Shown: positions 18,983 through 30,052, counted from the stretch's first letter. The stretch is DNA of 64,000 bases from an uncultured Ectothiorhodospiraceae bacterium (GCA_964408855.1 CAYPBB010000003.1:45892-109891), one strand, 5' to 3'. A program made the numbers and translations. The notes: generated from the letters alone by a model not told the origin.

Positions 18983-21900
18983 ATGCCGGATAAAACACAA
19001 CACGATTCTTCAACGGCGCCGGACGTCCGGTTTCTCGAACGTCTCACCGGCGCCGCGCCAATCGATGGATTCCTGACAACGCTCCCTTCCACGGGCGCCC
19101 CTGTTGCGTTGCACGGCGTTGCCGGCGCCCTGAAAGGGCTGCTTCCCGCACTGTTGTTCCGTAAAACGCGCAGGCAGATCATCGTCATCTGCAACGACAC
19201 CGATTCCGCGCTCGATACCTGGAACGACGCACTTCTCCTTCTTGGCGAGGAACAGACGGTCTTCATCGGCGACAGATACACGCATTCTCAGAAAACAGTC
19301 AGACACATCGATAATACGTTCGCCGAAAATGCGGATCTTTTGCGGTCGCTCAATGAGAATCCGACGCGACTGATTGTCACCGATTCGGAGAGTCTGCTTC
19401 AGGAGTACCCTTCCTCGGAAGCGATACGCGAAAACTCCCTCCAGATAGAACGCCTGACGATGATGAAGCAGGACGATCTGTTGAAGCGACTTGCATTCGG
19501 CGGGTTTGAGCGGAATGAGTTTGTTACTACCAACGGCGAATTCGCCGTCCGGGGCGGCATCATCGACGTTTTCCCTGTCGGTTTCGATAATCCGATCCGA
19601 ATCGAGTTTTTCGGCGACGAAGTGGATTCGCTCCGCGAATTTGATGCGCTCAGTCAGCGCTCCATCCGGCAACTGGATACCATCTCGTTCGTTACCTCCC
19701 TGTTTTACGGAGACGACGGCGCTCAGGCAACAAGCTCGATGATCGATTATTTCACCGAGGACGCCCTCGTTTTTGTCGAAGAACACGAGCAGCTTCTCCG
19801 CCTGGCGAACGACAAAGATCGCCGCGACTATATCGAAGTTCGTCTGGCGATGTTCCCGCAATACTATCTCTCCGTTGTCGCCTCGCCCGGTTCGTCCGTT
19901 ATGGATATCGGCGCGAAACGCCAACCATCGCTGAACGGCTCCATCAAGCTTCTGCACGAGTACATCCGGACGCAGGAAGAAGCCGGGCAGCTTCTGTTCC
20001 TCGTGGCGGATTCGCCGCAGCAGGTTACCAGGCTGGCGGAACTACTTAACGATTCGTATGGCGAAGACGATATTGCAGCTCCATACAAACACCCTATCGT
20101 GTTCTGTCCGCTCAGCAGCGGATTCGAGCTTCCGGGAGGCGCATTTACGGTTGTTACCGAACATCAGTTGTTCAACCGGCAGCGCATCCGCAAAAAAGTG
20201 CAGAAGGGACAAAAGGGACTTTCCCTCCGCGATCTCCAGCAATTGCATATCGGCGATTATGTCGTGCATGTGGATAAAGGCATCGGAAAGTTTGCGGGTT
20301 TCCACTCCATCACGGTGGCAGGCGGAGTGCAGGAAACGGCGAAAATCATCTACGCCGATAACGATGTGCTGTATGTAAATCTCAACTACATCAACCGTCT
20401 GCAGAAGTATTCTTCCGAGGAAGCGCACCAGCCGAAGCTATCGAAACTCGGAAGCGGCGAATGGGACCGCGTCCGCCAGAAAACCAAAAACCGTCTGAAG
20501 GACATCGCGCGCGATCTGATCAAGCTGTACGCGAAACGCAAAATGTCGCAGGGGTTTGCATTCTCGGCCGATTCGGCGTGGCAGAAGGAAATGGAGGCGT
20601 CGTTCATCTACGAAGACACCCCCGATCAGTACAAAGCCACCGTGGATGTGAAGCAAGATATGGAAGACCAGATGCCGATGGACCGCCTTGTGTGCGGCGA
20701 CGTCGGCTATGGAAAAACCGAGGTCGCGATGCGTGCAGCATTCAAGGCGGTACTCGACGGTAAACAGGTTGCGGTGCTTGTTCCAACGACGATTCTCGCG
20801 GAACAGCACTTTCATACCTTCCAGGACCGCATGAACAAATACTCCGTTCGCGTGGAAGCGCTCTCCCGCTTTAAAACGAAAGGCGAACAGAAAGAAACGC
20901 TGGAAGCTCTCGCCTCGGGTAAAGTCGATATCCTGATCGGCACGCACAGGATTTTGAGCAACGATATAAGATTTAGAGATCTCGGTCTGCTCATCATCGA
21001 CGAAGAGCACCGGTTCGGCGTGGCGGCGAAGGAAAAGCTGCGCCAACTCCGGTCGAATATCGATACGCTCACGCTGACGGCTACCCCGATACCACGCACT
21101 CTGAATTTTTCGCTCCTCGGCGCGCGCGATCTTTCCACCATCGAAACGCCTCCCAAAAATAGACTGCCGATCGCCACAAGCATCCTTGCGTTCAACAAGG
21201 AAGTGATCATCGAAGGCGCGATGCGCGAACTGAACCGCGGCGGGCAGGTGTACTTCGTGCATGACAAGGTGAAGGATATCGAATATGTGACCGATACACT
21301 TCGTACGATGCTGCCGAGTGTCCGTATCGGTATCGCGCACGGTCAGATGAAAGCCGCCGACCTCGAACGCATGATGCTCCGCTTCCTCGAACGCAGGCTC
21401 GACATCCTTGTCGCGACGAAAATCATCGAGTCGGGACTCGACATCCCCAATGCGAATACGATTTTCATCAACAATGCCGATAAATTCGGACTCGCCGAAT
21501 TGTACCAGCTCCGCGGAAGGGTTGGGCGTTCGAATACGCAGGCGTACGCGTATCTGCTGATCCCCGCCGAAGGGAAACTAACGCGGGATGCGCTGAAACG
21601 GCTGCAGGCGATCGAGGAATTCTCCGAGCTCGGAACCGGATTTCATCTTGCCATGCGCGATATGGAAATCAGGGGCGCGGGCAACATGCTCGGCGCCGAG
21701 CAAAGCGGTTTCATCTACGAAATCGGGTTCGACCTATATATCGCCACACTCGAAGAAGCGGTGCAGGAACTGAAATCGGAAGAATTCAAGGAATTATTCG
21801 GCGCAGAGGAAGCGCTCAAAGAACCGCTGCCGCGCGCAGATGTCGTGATGGAGCTGGGACTGGATTCCTACCTGCCGCAGGATTACGTGGCGAATAGCAC

Positions 21901-22327
21901 GGAAAGGTTCGATCTCTACAAGCGACTCTATAACGCGAGAAATGAAGACGACATCAGACTGATAGAAGAGGAAATATTCGACCGCTTCGGACTCTACCCA
22001 CAGGAAACGGAAAACCTTCTCTATGTTGTCCGGGAGCGGCTTGTCGCGGCGCGCATCAGGCTCGCGCGTGTCACATGGGATAGGAACAAACTCTCGCTCG
22101 TCCTGCCGCCCGAAGACGACGAGGAATTTTATTCCAGGCACTTCCAACCTATCGTTGCCTGGATCATGGAGAACAAATCGCGCATGCATCTCGAACAGGA
22201 TCAGCGTCAGGTACGCGTCATCGTTTCCGATGTCCGCGACTTGAAAGCGGTTGAAGAAATCCTCAATCACTTATACGGCATCGTGGCCAACACCGAGCCG
22301 GTGAACCACGTGGACGCGCAGCAATGA
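18983..22327 (+). CDS. mfd: transcription-repair coupling factor
   Basis: 1114 aa with a UvrB-homology N-terminus, the RNAP-interacting domain, an SF2 helicase core (Walker A GDVGYGKTEVAMRAAF, DEEH box LLIIDEEHRFGV, motif VI QLRGRVGRS) and the TRCF C-terminal domain. Confidence 0.9.
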   Translation: MPDKTQHDSSTAPDVRFLERLTGAAPIDGFLTTLPSTGAPVALHGVAGALKGLLPALLFRKTRRQIIVICNDTDSALDTWNDALLLLGEEQTVFIGDRYTHSQKTVRHIDNTFAENADLLRSLNENPTRLIVTDSESLLQEYPSSEAIRENSLQIERLTMMKQDDLLKRLAFGGFERNEFVTTNGEFAVRGGIIDVFPVGFDNPIRIEFFGDEVDSLREFDALSQRSIRQLDTISFVTSLFYGDDGAQATSSMIDYFTEDALVFVEEHEQLLRLANDKDRRDYIEVRLAMFPQYYLSVVASPGSSVMDIGAKRQPSLNGSIKLLHEYIRTQEEAGQLLFLVADSPQQVTRLAELLNDSYGEDDIAAPYKHPIVFCPLSSGFELPGGAFTVVTEHQLFNRQRIRKKVQKGQKGLSLRDLQQLHIGDYVVHVDKGIGKFAGFHSITVAGGVQETAKIIYADNDVLYVNLNYINRLQKYSSEEAHQPKLSKLGSGEWDRVRQKTKNRLKDIARDLIKLYAKRKMSQGFAFSADSAWQKEMEASFIYEDTPDQYKATVDVKQDMEDQMPMDRLVCGDVGYGKTEVAMRAAFKAVLDGKQVAVLVPTTILAEQHFHTFQDRMNKYSVRVEALSRFKTKGEQKETLEALASGKVDILIGTHRILSNDIRFRDLGLLIIDEEHRFGVAAKEKLRQLRSNIDTLTLTATPIPRTLNFSLLGARDLSTIETPPKNRLPIATSILAFNKEVIIEGAMRELNRGGQVYFVHDKVKDIEYVTDTLRTMLPSVRIGIAHGQMKAADLERMMLRFLERRLDILVATKIIESGLDIPNANTIFINNADKFGLAELYQLRGRVGRSNTQAYAYLLIPAEGKLTRDALKRLQAIEEFSELGTGFHLAMRDMEIRGAGNMLGAEQSGFIYEIGFDLYIATLEEAVQELKSEEFKELFGAEEALKEPLPRADVVMELGLDSYLPQDYVANSTERFDLYKRLYNARNEDDIRLIEEEIFDRFGLYPQETENLLYVVRERLVAARIRLARVTWDRNKLSLVLPPEDDEEFYSRHFQPIVAWIMENKSRMHLEQDQRQVRVIVSDVRDLKAVEEILNHLYGIVANTEPVNHVDAQQ

Positions 22328-23334
22328 TAGCACCCGAACGCAGGCGTATGTATTGGTTCATTGCAGCTGCGGTCGTCGTTGCGGCTGCGGTTCAGTTCGC
22401 CGGACCGTATTTCGCCGGCAACGACGATTCAAACTACGATCCCAAACCGAAGGTTTCGAAAGGCGATATCCGGCGGGTTGTACGGATTCCCATTTCATCG
22501 GTCGCTGAAGACGAAGAGAAAAGTGCCGGATTCTGGAGCGAGATGAACAACCTTGGAGCGAACGCAGTAATGCTTGATATTCCGTTGCATTACCGCGATG
22601 CAAACCCGGCATACATCGAGTACAACCGGTTCCAATCCGGTACGATCGACCGGGCTGTTCGAGAGATTCATGCCGCAGGTATGGAAGCGATCCTCGCTCC
22701 CTGCCTCACCGGTGATGACGATGCAATGGCTGAACGCAATGCTCGCGAAGAAGCGTTTGCGATGTACTCCGAGTGGTTGACCGACCATGCCGGCATGTCG
22801 GCGGACGGGCTGACGATCGATCTCAGCGGATTGTTCGCTTCCGTCTCTGCGTCGCAGGTTCAGTCGGCAATGATGAGTGTCTACGAATCATATCAGGGGA
22901 AGGTGTATCTGTGTATAGCGCCTTCGAAGACGGAGCTTGTACGATTGTTTGCCGCCACTGCGGGAGGTTTTATCCTCGACCTTTCCAATGGTACACCCCT
23001 GCCGCAGACGATGACCGGTGCGCTTGATTCTGCGGGCGATGTGAAAGCGATGATCTTGTTCCATCGGCAACGTACGCACATCCCGGATGTGTTTGCTCCG
23101 TATGTCGCGCAATCCAACAAACCGCAAAAAACGGATCTGTCTCCGGCGCTGTCAACATTGGAGGGTGTGGCATCAAACAACTGGTTTATGGGAATGATTC
23201 TACAAGCCCCGGAGTACGGAACTCCGTCGCAACAACGCTACCTCGAGGAGGTCGGGACGGCGTTCAGGGAGTTGAAGGAGCGCTCGATCAGGCGGGCGTT
23301 CGACCGAATGTCTGCCCCGTCAAGTCTGCGATGA
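22324..23334 (+). CDS. hypothetical membrane-anchored protein (possible TIM-barrel/glycosidase-like)
   Basis: 336 aa. The ATGA start overlaps the mfd stop, so translation is probably coupled. It has an N-terminal TM (YWFIAAAVVVAAAVQF). I found no recognisable catalytic motif. Confidence 0.5.
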   Translation: MIAPERRRMYWFIAAAVVVAAAVQFAGPYFAGNDDSNYDPKPKVSKGDIRRVVRIPISSVAEDEEKSAGFWSEMNNLGANAVMLDIPLHYRDANPAYIEYNRFQSGTIDRAVREIHAAGMEAILAPCLTGDDDAMAERNAREEAFAMYSEWLTDHAGMSADGLTIDLSGLFASVSASQVQSAMMSVYESYQGKVYLCIAPSKTELVRLFAATAGGFILDLSNGTPLPQTMTGALDSAGDVKAMILFHRQRTHIPDVFAPYVAQSNKPQKTDLSPALSTLEGVASNNWFMGMILQAPEYGTPSQQRYLEEVGTAFRELKERSIRRAFDRMSAPSSLR

Positions 23335-24045
23335 AAAATCGCTCATGGCGAGCTTGCGGAGGAGCGGCGCGGGGCGGTACCTATCGTCGCCGAATTCCGT
23401 CTGGAGGATCTGTAACAGCCGCAGGATACGGCTATACCCGATTTTCTTCCCCCATGCCAACGGTCCTTCCGGATAATTGACGCCGAGCTTCATCGCGGTA
23501 TCGATATCGCTTTCGCCGGCAACTCCCTGCTGCAACGCATACACCGCCTCGTTGATGATGGTTGCGATAACGCGCGGAAATACCAACCCCGGATAATCAT
23601 CCACAACCTCGATGCTCTTTCCTGACGCAGCAAACAAATCAGCCACGGGTTTCAGCAGCGCCCCTTCGCTATTGAACGGCAGCGTCAATTCCACGATGGA
23701 AGCTTCAAGCATGGACGGAAGATACGCCATCCCGACAAGGCGGTCCGACTGCTCGACATATTGAGCCAACGCGGTGGCTGTCGTACAGACGGTATTGGTG
23801 AGAAGCGGCACTTCGGGCTTTGTCAATGCCGCAAATGTGTTCAGCGTCTGGCTCTTCGTATGCGCGTTTTCCAATGCCAGATCGATAACGAAATCCGCAG
23901 CCGGAGAAAGGTAATCGGCATATTTCAACGCAGGCTTGGCAAGCTCGGCGTCGTTCGGCGCGGTTACCGCATAAATGGTGTGCGCCGAAAGAAACGGGAT
24001 CCATTCGTTGATAAACGAGGTCGGTCCGGAGATAAGGATATTCAT
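23320..24045 (-). CDS. 3-hydroxyacyl-CoA dehydrogenase family protein, degenerate NAD-binding site
   Basis: 241 aa, with a 3HCDH-like C-terminal dimerisation domain (...PGLVFPRVIATIINEAVYALQQGVAGESDIDTAMKLGVNYPEGPLAWGKKIGYSRIL...). The N-terminal Rossmann GxGxxG is replaced by ISGPTSF. It lies directly upstream of a canonical Hbd. Confidence 0.6.
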   Translation of the reverse strand: MNILISGPTSFINEWIPFLSAHTIYAVTAPNDAELAKPALKYADYLSPAADFVIDLALENAHTKSQTLNTFAALTKPEVPLLTNTVCTTATALAQYVEQSDRLVGMAYLPSMLEASIVELTLPFNSEGALLKPVADLFAASGKSIEVVDDYPGLVFPRVIATIINEAVYALQQGVAGESDIDTAMKLGVNYPEGPLAWGKKIGYSRILRLLQILQTEFGDDRYRPAPLLRKLAMSDFSSQT

Positions 24046-24054
24046 GGAAGGTAC

Positions 24055-24933
24055 TTATGATTTCGTTGAATAATCGTAGAAGCCTTTGCCTGTCTTCCTG
24101 CCCAGCAATCCGGCGTCGACAAGCGCTTTTTGAATGTGCGACGGCCGGAAACGCGGCTCGCCGTGGTAGCTTTCGAACAACGAGCGCGTCACCTCGTAGT
24201 TGATATCGTTGCCGATCAGGTCCATCAGCGCGAACGGACCCATCTTGAAACCGTGTCCGGTCACGATCCGGTCGATTGTTTCAATGTCGGAGACCTGTTC
24301 TTCGAGTATCCTGAGCGACTCGGAATAAAACGACCGCGCAACGCGGTTGACGATGAATCCGGGAGAGTCTTTCATCCGCGCCGGTACTTTGCCGAGATCG
24401 GAAACAAAGCCGCACAGCGAATCCATGACTTCGGAAGACGTAAACCGCCCCTGCACTATTTCGACGAGTTTCATGATATGCGCAGGATTAAAGAAATGCA
24501 ATCCGGCAACCCGTTCCGGATTCCGTACCTCCGATGCGATGGTGGTGATGGATATCGAAGAGGTATTGCTGGTGAGAATGGCATCGGGCCAGCAAATGGC
24601 TTCGAAAGACGCGAACAGTTTTTTCTTTATCTCGATATCCTCGGGAGCCGCTTCTATCACGATGTCCGCATCGGCGAACGCGCCCAGGTCGGCGGTGGTA
24701 TGAATTCTCGCGAATTGCGCTTCGGCTTCCTGGAGCGTGATCTTCCCTTTATTGACGCTTTTTTCAAGCTGCTCGCGTATCGTCTTCGCTCCGATGTACA
24801 CGATCTCGCTTGAAGTATCATAGAGTAGCACGTTGCGGCAACTCGCCGCTACGGCAATGGCGATTCCTCTGCCCATCGTACCCGAACCGGCGATGCCCAC
24901 CGCCGGAAAGTTCTTTTCGCATTCTTCGGACAT
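24055..24933 (-). CDS. hbd: 3-hydroxybutyryl-CoA dehydrogenase
   Basis: The ORF extends to 24993, but the likely start is the ATG at 24933 ([25 protein letters not shown]..., a GxGxxG Rossmann motif), 4 nt after the IcmF stop. The 3HCDH N- and C-domains are conserved (...PGFIVNRV...[15 protein letters not shown]...). Confidence 0.85.
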   Translation of the reverse strand: MSEECEKNFPAVGIAGSGTMGRGIAIAVAASCRNVLLYDTSSEIVYIGAKTIREQLEKSVNKGKITLQEAEAQFARIHTTADLGAFADADIVIEAAPEDIEIKKKLFASFEAICWPDAILTSNTSSISITTIASEVRNPERVAGLHFFNPAHIMKLVEIVQGRFTSSEVMDSLCGFVSDLGKVPARMKDSPGFIVNRVARSFYSESLRILEEQVSDIETIDRIVTGHGFKMGPFALMDLIGNDINYEVTRSLFESYHGEPRFRPSHIQKALVDAGLLGRKTGKGFYDYSTKS

Positions 24934-24934
24934 T

Positions 24935-27900
24935 CTACATACTCCTTCTGTACTGACCGCCGACAAGATATAACACGGAAGAGATCTGCCCAAGCGACGC
25001 CGATTTCACGGCTTCCAGCAACTCGTCGAACATATTGCCCCGGTCGCGCGCGGTATCCGCCAATTTTCTCAGCGCCTCATCCGCACGGGCGGTATTGCGC
25101 TTCTGAAACGCGCGCAGGTTATCCAACTGCTGATCCTTCTCGGCTGTCGTTGAACGGATAAGCTCGGTCGGTTGCGCCGTTGCGCTGCCCGCCGAGGCGG
25201 GCCGGAGGAACATGTTCACCCCGACTATCGGCAGTTCGCCCGAAAACTTTTTGTGCTCGTACAACATCGACTCTTCCTGAATTTTACCGCGCTGGTACAT
25301 CGTTTCCATCGCACCCGGCACTCCGCCCCTGTCCGATATCCGCCGGAATTCTGCCAGCACCGCTTCCTCGACCAGTTCGGTCAATTCTTCAATAATAAAC
25401 GCACCTTGCAAAGGATTTTCGTTTTTTGCAAGTCCCAGCTCCCGGTTGATGATCAGTTGTATGGCAAGCGCCCTGCGGACGCTCTCTTCCGTCGGCGTGG
25501 TAATCGCTTCGTCGTACGCATTTGTGTGGAGCGAATTGCAGTTGTCGTAGATCGCATACAGAGCCTGGAGCGTGGTTCTGATGTCGTTGAAATCGATTTC
25601 CATTGCGTGAAGGCTTCTGCCGCTGGTCTGAATATGGTACTTCAGTTTCTGCGACCGGGCATTCGCACCGTACAGATGTTTCATCGCCGTCGCCCAGATT
25701 CTGCGCGCCACGCGTCCAATGACGGCGTACTCCGCATCGATACCGTTCGAGAAGAAATACGAGAGATTCGGCGCGAAATCGTCGATCTGCATTCCCCGCG
25801 AAAGATAATATTCCACATACGTGAATCCGTTCGCAAGCGTGAACGCTAGCTGCGTGATGGGATTCGCCCCGGCTTCGGCAATATGATAGCCCGAGATCGA
25901 GACGGAATAGTAATTCCGCACATTCCTGCGGATGAACGTTTCCTGTATATCGCCCATCATTTTAAGAGCGAATTCCGTCGAGAAGATGCATGTATTCTGC
26001 GCCTGATCTTCCTTGAGGATATCCGCCTGCACTGTGCCGCGCACCACGGAAACGGTTTCCTCGCTGATTCGATGGTATTCTCCGGAAGAAAGCAGTCCCC
26101 GCTCGACGAAGAAATCACCGGAAACACCGAGCGTACCCAACCCGAAGTACCGGTGTACTCTGGCTCCTGCCTCGAATTGCGCCGGGTTGTCCAATTCCGC
26201 GAGAACCTCGCTCATTTCTCCGGCGCCTTCATACGCCGGTCTCGGCATTTGCAGCGAATTGTAATACTCGTCTATTGCGCGCTGCGCTGCAGCGAATTTG
26301 CCCTGCTGCACGAGATGGCGCTCAACCTGCTGATCGATCGCGGTGTTCATGAACATCGCAAGTATCATCGGCGCGGGACCGTTGATGGTCATCGATACCG
26401 AGGTCGCCGGTTTACAGAGATCGAATCCGCAGTACAGTTTCTTCATATCATCGAGCGTACATATGGATACGCCCGAATTACCGACCTTCCCATAGATATC
26501 CGGACGTTCGCCTGGGTCTTCTCCGTAGAGCGTCACGGAATCGAACGCCGTCGAGAGCCGAACGGCGGGCATTCCTTCGGATACATAGTGGAAACGGCGG
26601 TTCGTCCGCTCCGGTGTTCCCTCGCCCGCGAACATGCGCGTCGGATCTTCTTCCTTGCGCTTGAACGGAAACACCCCTGCGGTATACGGAAAGGTTCCGG
26701 GCACATTTTCAAGCAGAATCCATTTCAGAATGTCCCCCCTGTCGTTGTATCGCGGTAATGCCACCTTCGGGATTTTGGTCCCGCTGAGCGATTCGGTGTA
26801 CAACTCGGTCACCAGCTCCGTATTCCGTACGCGCGTAACGAGTTTATCCTTGCGGTACGCCGATTTCGCTTCTTCCCATTTTTCGAGCAGGTCCCTGTTT
26901 TCGGCGGCAACGAGCGACTTGAAGTGTTCTATTTGCAGATCGATGGCTTCGAGCAATTCCGGATTGATCGTCCGGCTTCCGTATTGCACAACGCCGCCTT
27001 CACCTGAGATAGTCACTTCCCTCCGCGAAGCAGCTTCGACAAGCGCTTCGCGCGAAGCTTCGAGTTGCCGCCATTTGCGCGCATACTCCGCCTGCTGATC
27101 GACCCACTGCTTATAATTTGAGACCGTATCTGCAATATCGGAAAGATACCGCGACCGTTCTGCCGGGATGAGAGCGGATTTGTTGGGCATCTGCCGGGTT
27201 TTCCCGAGTTCTGTCGCCCATGCGCCCGGTTGCCGCTCCTCCAGCCTCCGGGACAATGCATAAAACAAATGGTTCGTACCGGGATCGTTGAACTGGCTCG
27301 CGATTGTCGGATAAACGGGCAGTGCGTCGTCGGCGGCGTTCCAGAGGTTGCGGTTGCGCCTGAATTGCTTCCGCACATCCCTGAGCGCGTCCTCCCCTCC
27401 GCGTTTTTCGAATTTATTGAGAACGACGATATCCGCCAGATCGAGCATGTCGATCTTCTCGAGTTGTGTCGGAGCGCCGTATTCAGGCGTCATGACATAG
27501 AGGGAAATATCGACAAGATCGACGATTTCACTGTCCGATTGTCCGATTCCGGCAGTTTCTACCAGAATAAGGTTATAACCGGCGAGTTTGCAGAGGTCGA
27601 TGGCGCGGTGCAGCGCGGCGGAGGTGGCGGTATTCGCAGCCCTCGTTGCGAAGGACCGCATAAAAACGCGCTTGCTGCCGGACGGATCGGCTGTGGCGAC
27701 GGCATTCATCCGTATTCTGTCTCCAAGCAACGCTCCGCCTGTTCTACGTCTGGAGGGATCGACGGATAGGACCGCGTACGTCTTCGCAGGATACTCGTTC
27801 AACAGCCGTCTGATCAATTCGTCGGTTAAAGACGACTTCCCTGCACCGCCTGTTCCTGTGATGCCGACTACTGGTACGTCGGGGATTGCCGGTGCGGGCA

Positions 27901-28483
27901 CATGAAATGCGCTATCCGACTCTGCGATGGTGAGAATATGCGATAGCGTCTGGACATCGTCCTTGAGTTCGCCGTTCAATTGCTGAATCGTCTCATCCCT
28001 GATAATGAGTTTACCATCCTGGAACTTCACTTGCGCAAATTCGGAAACATCGTAATCGCACGCCTCCAGCACGACATTGATCATGCCCTGGAGGCCGAGG
28101 GACCTGCCGTCTTCGGGCGAAAACACGCGGTCGATACCGTACGCATGCAGTTCCTCAATTTCGGGAGGCACGATAACGCCCCCGCCGCCCGCAAAAATCC
28201 TGATATGTTCCGCTCCCCGTTTCATGAGAAGATCTTTCATGAACTTGAGGAATTCGACATGTCCGCCCTGATAGGAAGAAACGGCAATACCCTGCACGTC
28301 TTCCTGAATCGCCGCGTCGACAATCTCAGCGACAGACCGGTTATGTCCGAGATGAATGATTTCCGCGCCGCTCGCCTGGAGAATGCGCCGCATAATGTTG
28401 ATACTTGCATCGTGTCCGTCGAAAAGCGAAGCTGCGGTAACGAGACGGATTTTATGTTTTGGTGCGTACGGTAATGCGTCCAT
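24935..28483 (-). CDS. icmF: fused isobutyryl-CoA mutase (IcmF-type: B12-binding domain + MeaB-like G-protein + mutase catalytic domain)
   Basis: 1182 aa. The N-terminal B12-binding domain ([25 protein letters not shown]) is followed by a MeaB/ArgK P-loop GTPase ([20 protein letters not shown]; NKFE) and a C-terminal methylmalonyl-CoA-mutase-like substrate-binding barrel. Confidence 0.8.
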   Translation of the reverse strand: MDALPYAPKHKIRLVTAASLFDGHDASINIMRRILQASGAEIIHLGHNRSVAEIVDAAIQEDVQGIAVSSYQGGHVEFLKFMKDLLMKRGAEHIRIFAGGGGVIVPPEIEELHAYGIDRVFSPEDGRSLGLQGMINVVLEACDYDVSEFAQVKFQDGKLIIRDETIQQLNGELKDDVQTLSHILTIAESDSAFHVPAPAIPDVPVVGITGTGGAGKSSLTDELIRRLLNEYPAKTYAVLSVDPSRRRTGGALLGDRIRMNAVATADPSGSKRVFMRSFATRAANTATSAALHRAIDLCKLAGYNLILVETAGIGQSDSEIVDLVDISLYVMTPEYGAPTQLEKIDMLDLADIVVLNKFEKRGGEDALRDVRKQFRRNRNLWNAADDALPVYPTIASQFNDPGTNHLFYALSRRLEERQPGAWATELGKTRQMPNKSALIPAERSRYLSDIADTVSNYKQWVDQQAEYARKWRQLEASREALVEAASRREVTISGEGGVVQYGSRTINPELLEAIDLQIEHFKSLVAAENRDLLEKWEEAKSAYRKDKLVTRVRNTELVTELYTESLSGTKIPKVALPRYNDRGDILKWILLENVPGTFPYTAGVFPFKRKEEDPTRMFAGEGTPERTNRRFHYVSEGMPAVRLSTAFDSVTLYGEDPGERPDIYGKVGNSGVSICTLDDMKKLYCGFDLCKPATSVSMTINGPAPMILAMFMNTAIDQQVERHLVQQGKFAAAQRAIDEYYNSLQMPRPAYEGAGEMSEVLAELDNPAQFEAGARVHRYFGLGTLGVSGDFFVERGLLSSGEYHRISEETVSVVRGTVQADILKEDQAQNTCIFSTEFALKMMGDIQETFIRRNVRNYYSVSISGYHIAEAGANPITQLAFTLANGFTYVEYYLSRGMQIDDFAPNLSYFFSNGIDAEYAVIGRVARRIWATAMKHLYGANARSQKLKYHIQTSGRSLHAMEIDFNDIRTTLQALYAIYDNCNSLHTNAYDEAITTPTEESVRRALAIQLIINRELGLAKNENPLQGAFIIEELTELVEEAVLAEFRRISDRGGVPGAMETMYQRGKIQEESMLYEHKKFSGELPIVGVNMFLRPASAGSATAQPTELIRSTTAEKDQQLDNLRAFQKRNTARADEALRKLADTARDRGNMFDELLEAVKSASLGQISSVLYLVGGQYRRSM

Positions 28484-28576
28484 AGTGCGTTCGAGGGTAC
28501 CTTAATTCAGTGGGATGAATACGAATCTCATACCAGACACAACAGAAACTCCCCGCGCGGAGTTCGCTCGAACTCG

Positions 28577-29368
28577 TCACATCCCCTTGAAAATCGGCGG
28601 TCTTTTCTCCAGAAATGCCATTTTCCCTTCGCTGTAATCGTGACTGTATCCGGCGTGTTCCTGCATCTGCTTTTCGAAATCCAGCGTCTCATCCAACGTG
28701 TGATTGACGGCGTAGTCGAGCATGCGTTTGATTTGACCGATTGCCTGCGTTGGAGCGGTTGCGAATTGGCGGGCGACGGACATCGTATAATCGCGAAGCA
28801 GATCGGGGTGCACCACCTTATTGACGAGACCGAGGCGCTCGGCTTCATCCGCCCGGACATCGCGTCCGGTGGCACATAATTCGAACGCACGGGCGTAGCC
28901 GAGAAGCCGGGGCATGAACCACGACGAGCCGGAATCGGGCACCAAACCGATCCGGATAAATACCTCGATGAGTTTGGCGTTTTCCGCGGCAATCCGCATA
29001 TCGCATGCAAGCGCCAGACTCAGCCCCGCGCCTGCGCACGCGCCGTTGATTGCCGCGATGACCGGTTTCGGGAGAGTCCGCATCGAGCGGATCAGCGGAT
29101 TGTACCGGCGCTCGAGGCTCTCGCCGAGGTTGCGCCGTTCTTCGCCCTGGATGTCCTTCAAATCCTGTCCCGAACAAAACGCCCTCCCGGCGCCGGTCAC
29201 GACCACTACCCTTATTTCCTGGTCTTCATCCGCCTGTAGAAAGGCTGCGCGGAGGTCCGCCGTCATTTGCTCGTTGAACGCATTCAGTACGTCGGGGCGG
29301 TTGAGTGTAATGGTGAGGATGCCATCCTGCACATCAAATAGTATCGTGTCGAATTCGGGTTTCGCCAT
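28577..29368 (-). CDS. enoyl-CoA hydratase (crotonase family)
   Basis: 263 aa with crotonase-fold motifs (VVVTGAGRAFCSGQDLKD; AAINGACAGAGLSLALACDMRIAAENA). Confidence 0.85.
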   Translation of the reverse strand: MAKPEFDTILFDVQDGILTITLNRPDVLNAFNEQMTADLRAAFLQADEDQEIRVVVVTGAGRAFCSGQDLKDIQGEERRNLGESLERRYNPLIRSMRTLPKPVIAAINGACAGAGLSLALACDMRIAAENAKLIEVFIRIGLVPDSGSSWFMPRLLGYARAFELCATGRDVRADEAERLGLVNKVVHPDLLRDYTMSVARQFATAPTQAIGQIKRMLDYAVNHTLDETLDFEKQMQEHAGYSHDYSEGKMAFLEKRPPIFKGM

Positions 29369-29455
29369 TGTCCGTCAAAAAATTGTTATGGTTGAGACGG
29401 TAATATACGATGTTTCGGATATGGAATGCCATCATTTGGCGCTCAAATCCGGGCA

Positions 29456-29488
29456 CAATAAAAAGCGCATCCGGGTTGGATGCGCTTT
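29456..29488 (-). terminator. rho-independent terminator after SPOR lipoprotein gene
   Basis: aaaagcgcatcc-gggtt-ggatgcgcttt is an 11-bp perfect stem followed, on the minus strand, by TTTTTATT. Confidence 0.5.
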
Positions 29489-29506
29489 GTACAGCATTCG
29501 ATGAAG

Positions 29507-30034
29507 CTACTGCTTTCGAACGATCTTCTCGCTTACAATGCGATCGACCTTATCGCGGACGACCCACGCTTCCTGCAAACCGAGTTCCTTCAGACGTTTG
29601 CATTCTTCATCGGCTTCAGGTTTCGACAGGTAGTTGCCCGCGCGCACTTTATAGTAAGGAGCATCGAACACAATCGTGACGGCGGTGGAATCGCCGAGGC
29701 TTTCTTTATAATCGTCGCGCCGCTGTTCGGCGTCGTCGAGACTGGTGGTTGAGAATAACTGCACACGGAAGCCTGTGGTTTTCTCGATCCGCTCGATGGT
29801 GATGTATTCTTCTTTTGTTTCCGTATCGGGAATAGTATTCCTCACCGGATCGGCGTTCATTTCTCTTTCGGCTTGCTGTTTATCTCTGTACCTGGCCGGA
29901 TCGAATCCTTCCTCATATTCCCGGATCGACTTTTTCCGCTCACCGTTACTACTCGAAGCGCATGCTCCGCAGAGCAGACTGAGCGAGAAGCACACAGCGA
30001 GGAGTAGATTGAATCGTATATATCTGGTACTCAT
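29507..30034 (-). CDS. SPOR domain lipoprotein
   Basis: Lipoprotein signal peptide (LLAVCFSLSLLCGACASS) and a C-terminal SPOR-like domain (GFRVQLFSTTSLDDAEQRRDDYKESLG...YYKVRAGNYLSKPEADEECKRLKELGLQEAWVV). Confidence 0.65.
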   Translation of the reverse strand: MSTRYIRFNLLLAVCFSLSLLCGACASSSNGERKKSIREYEEGFDPARYRDKQQAEREMNADPVRNTIPDTETKEEYITIERIEKTTGFRVQLFSTTSLDDAEQRRDDYKESLGDSTAVTIVFDAPYYKVRAGNYLSKPEADEECKRLKELGLQEAWVVRDKVDRIVSEKIVRKQ

Positions 30035-30052
30035 CGGTCCCGGCGTCCGGCG

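Noticed and set aside
19010-21340. Minus-strand ORFs of 315 aa and 300 aa within mfd
   Set aside because: They are antisense to mfd, which is conserved end-to-end, so they are spurious.
25883-26758. 291-aa plus-strand ORF within icmF
   Set aside because: It is an antisense shadow of the IcmF mutase domain.
28545-28562. 18-nt perfect palindrome aactccccgcgcggagtt between crotonase and icmF
   Set aside because: It lies inside a probable operon and is followed by only a weak T-rich tract. It could be an attenuator or a protein-binding site, but the support is insufficient to call it a terminator.
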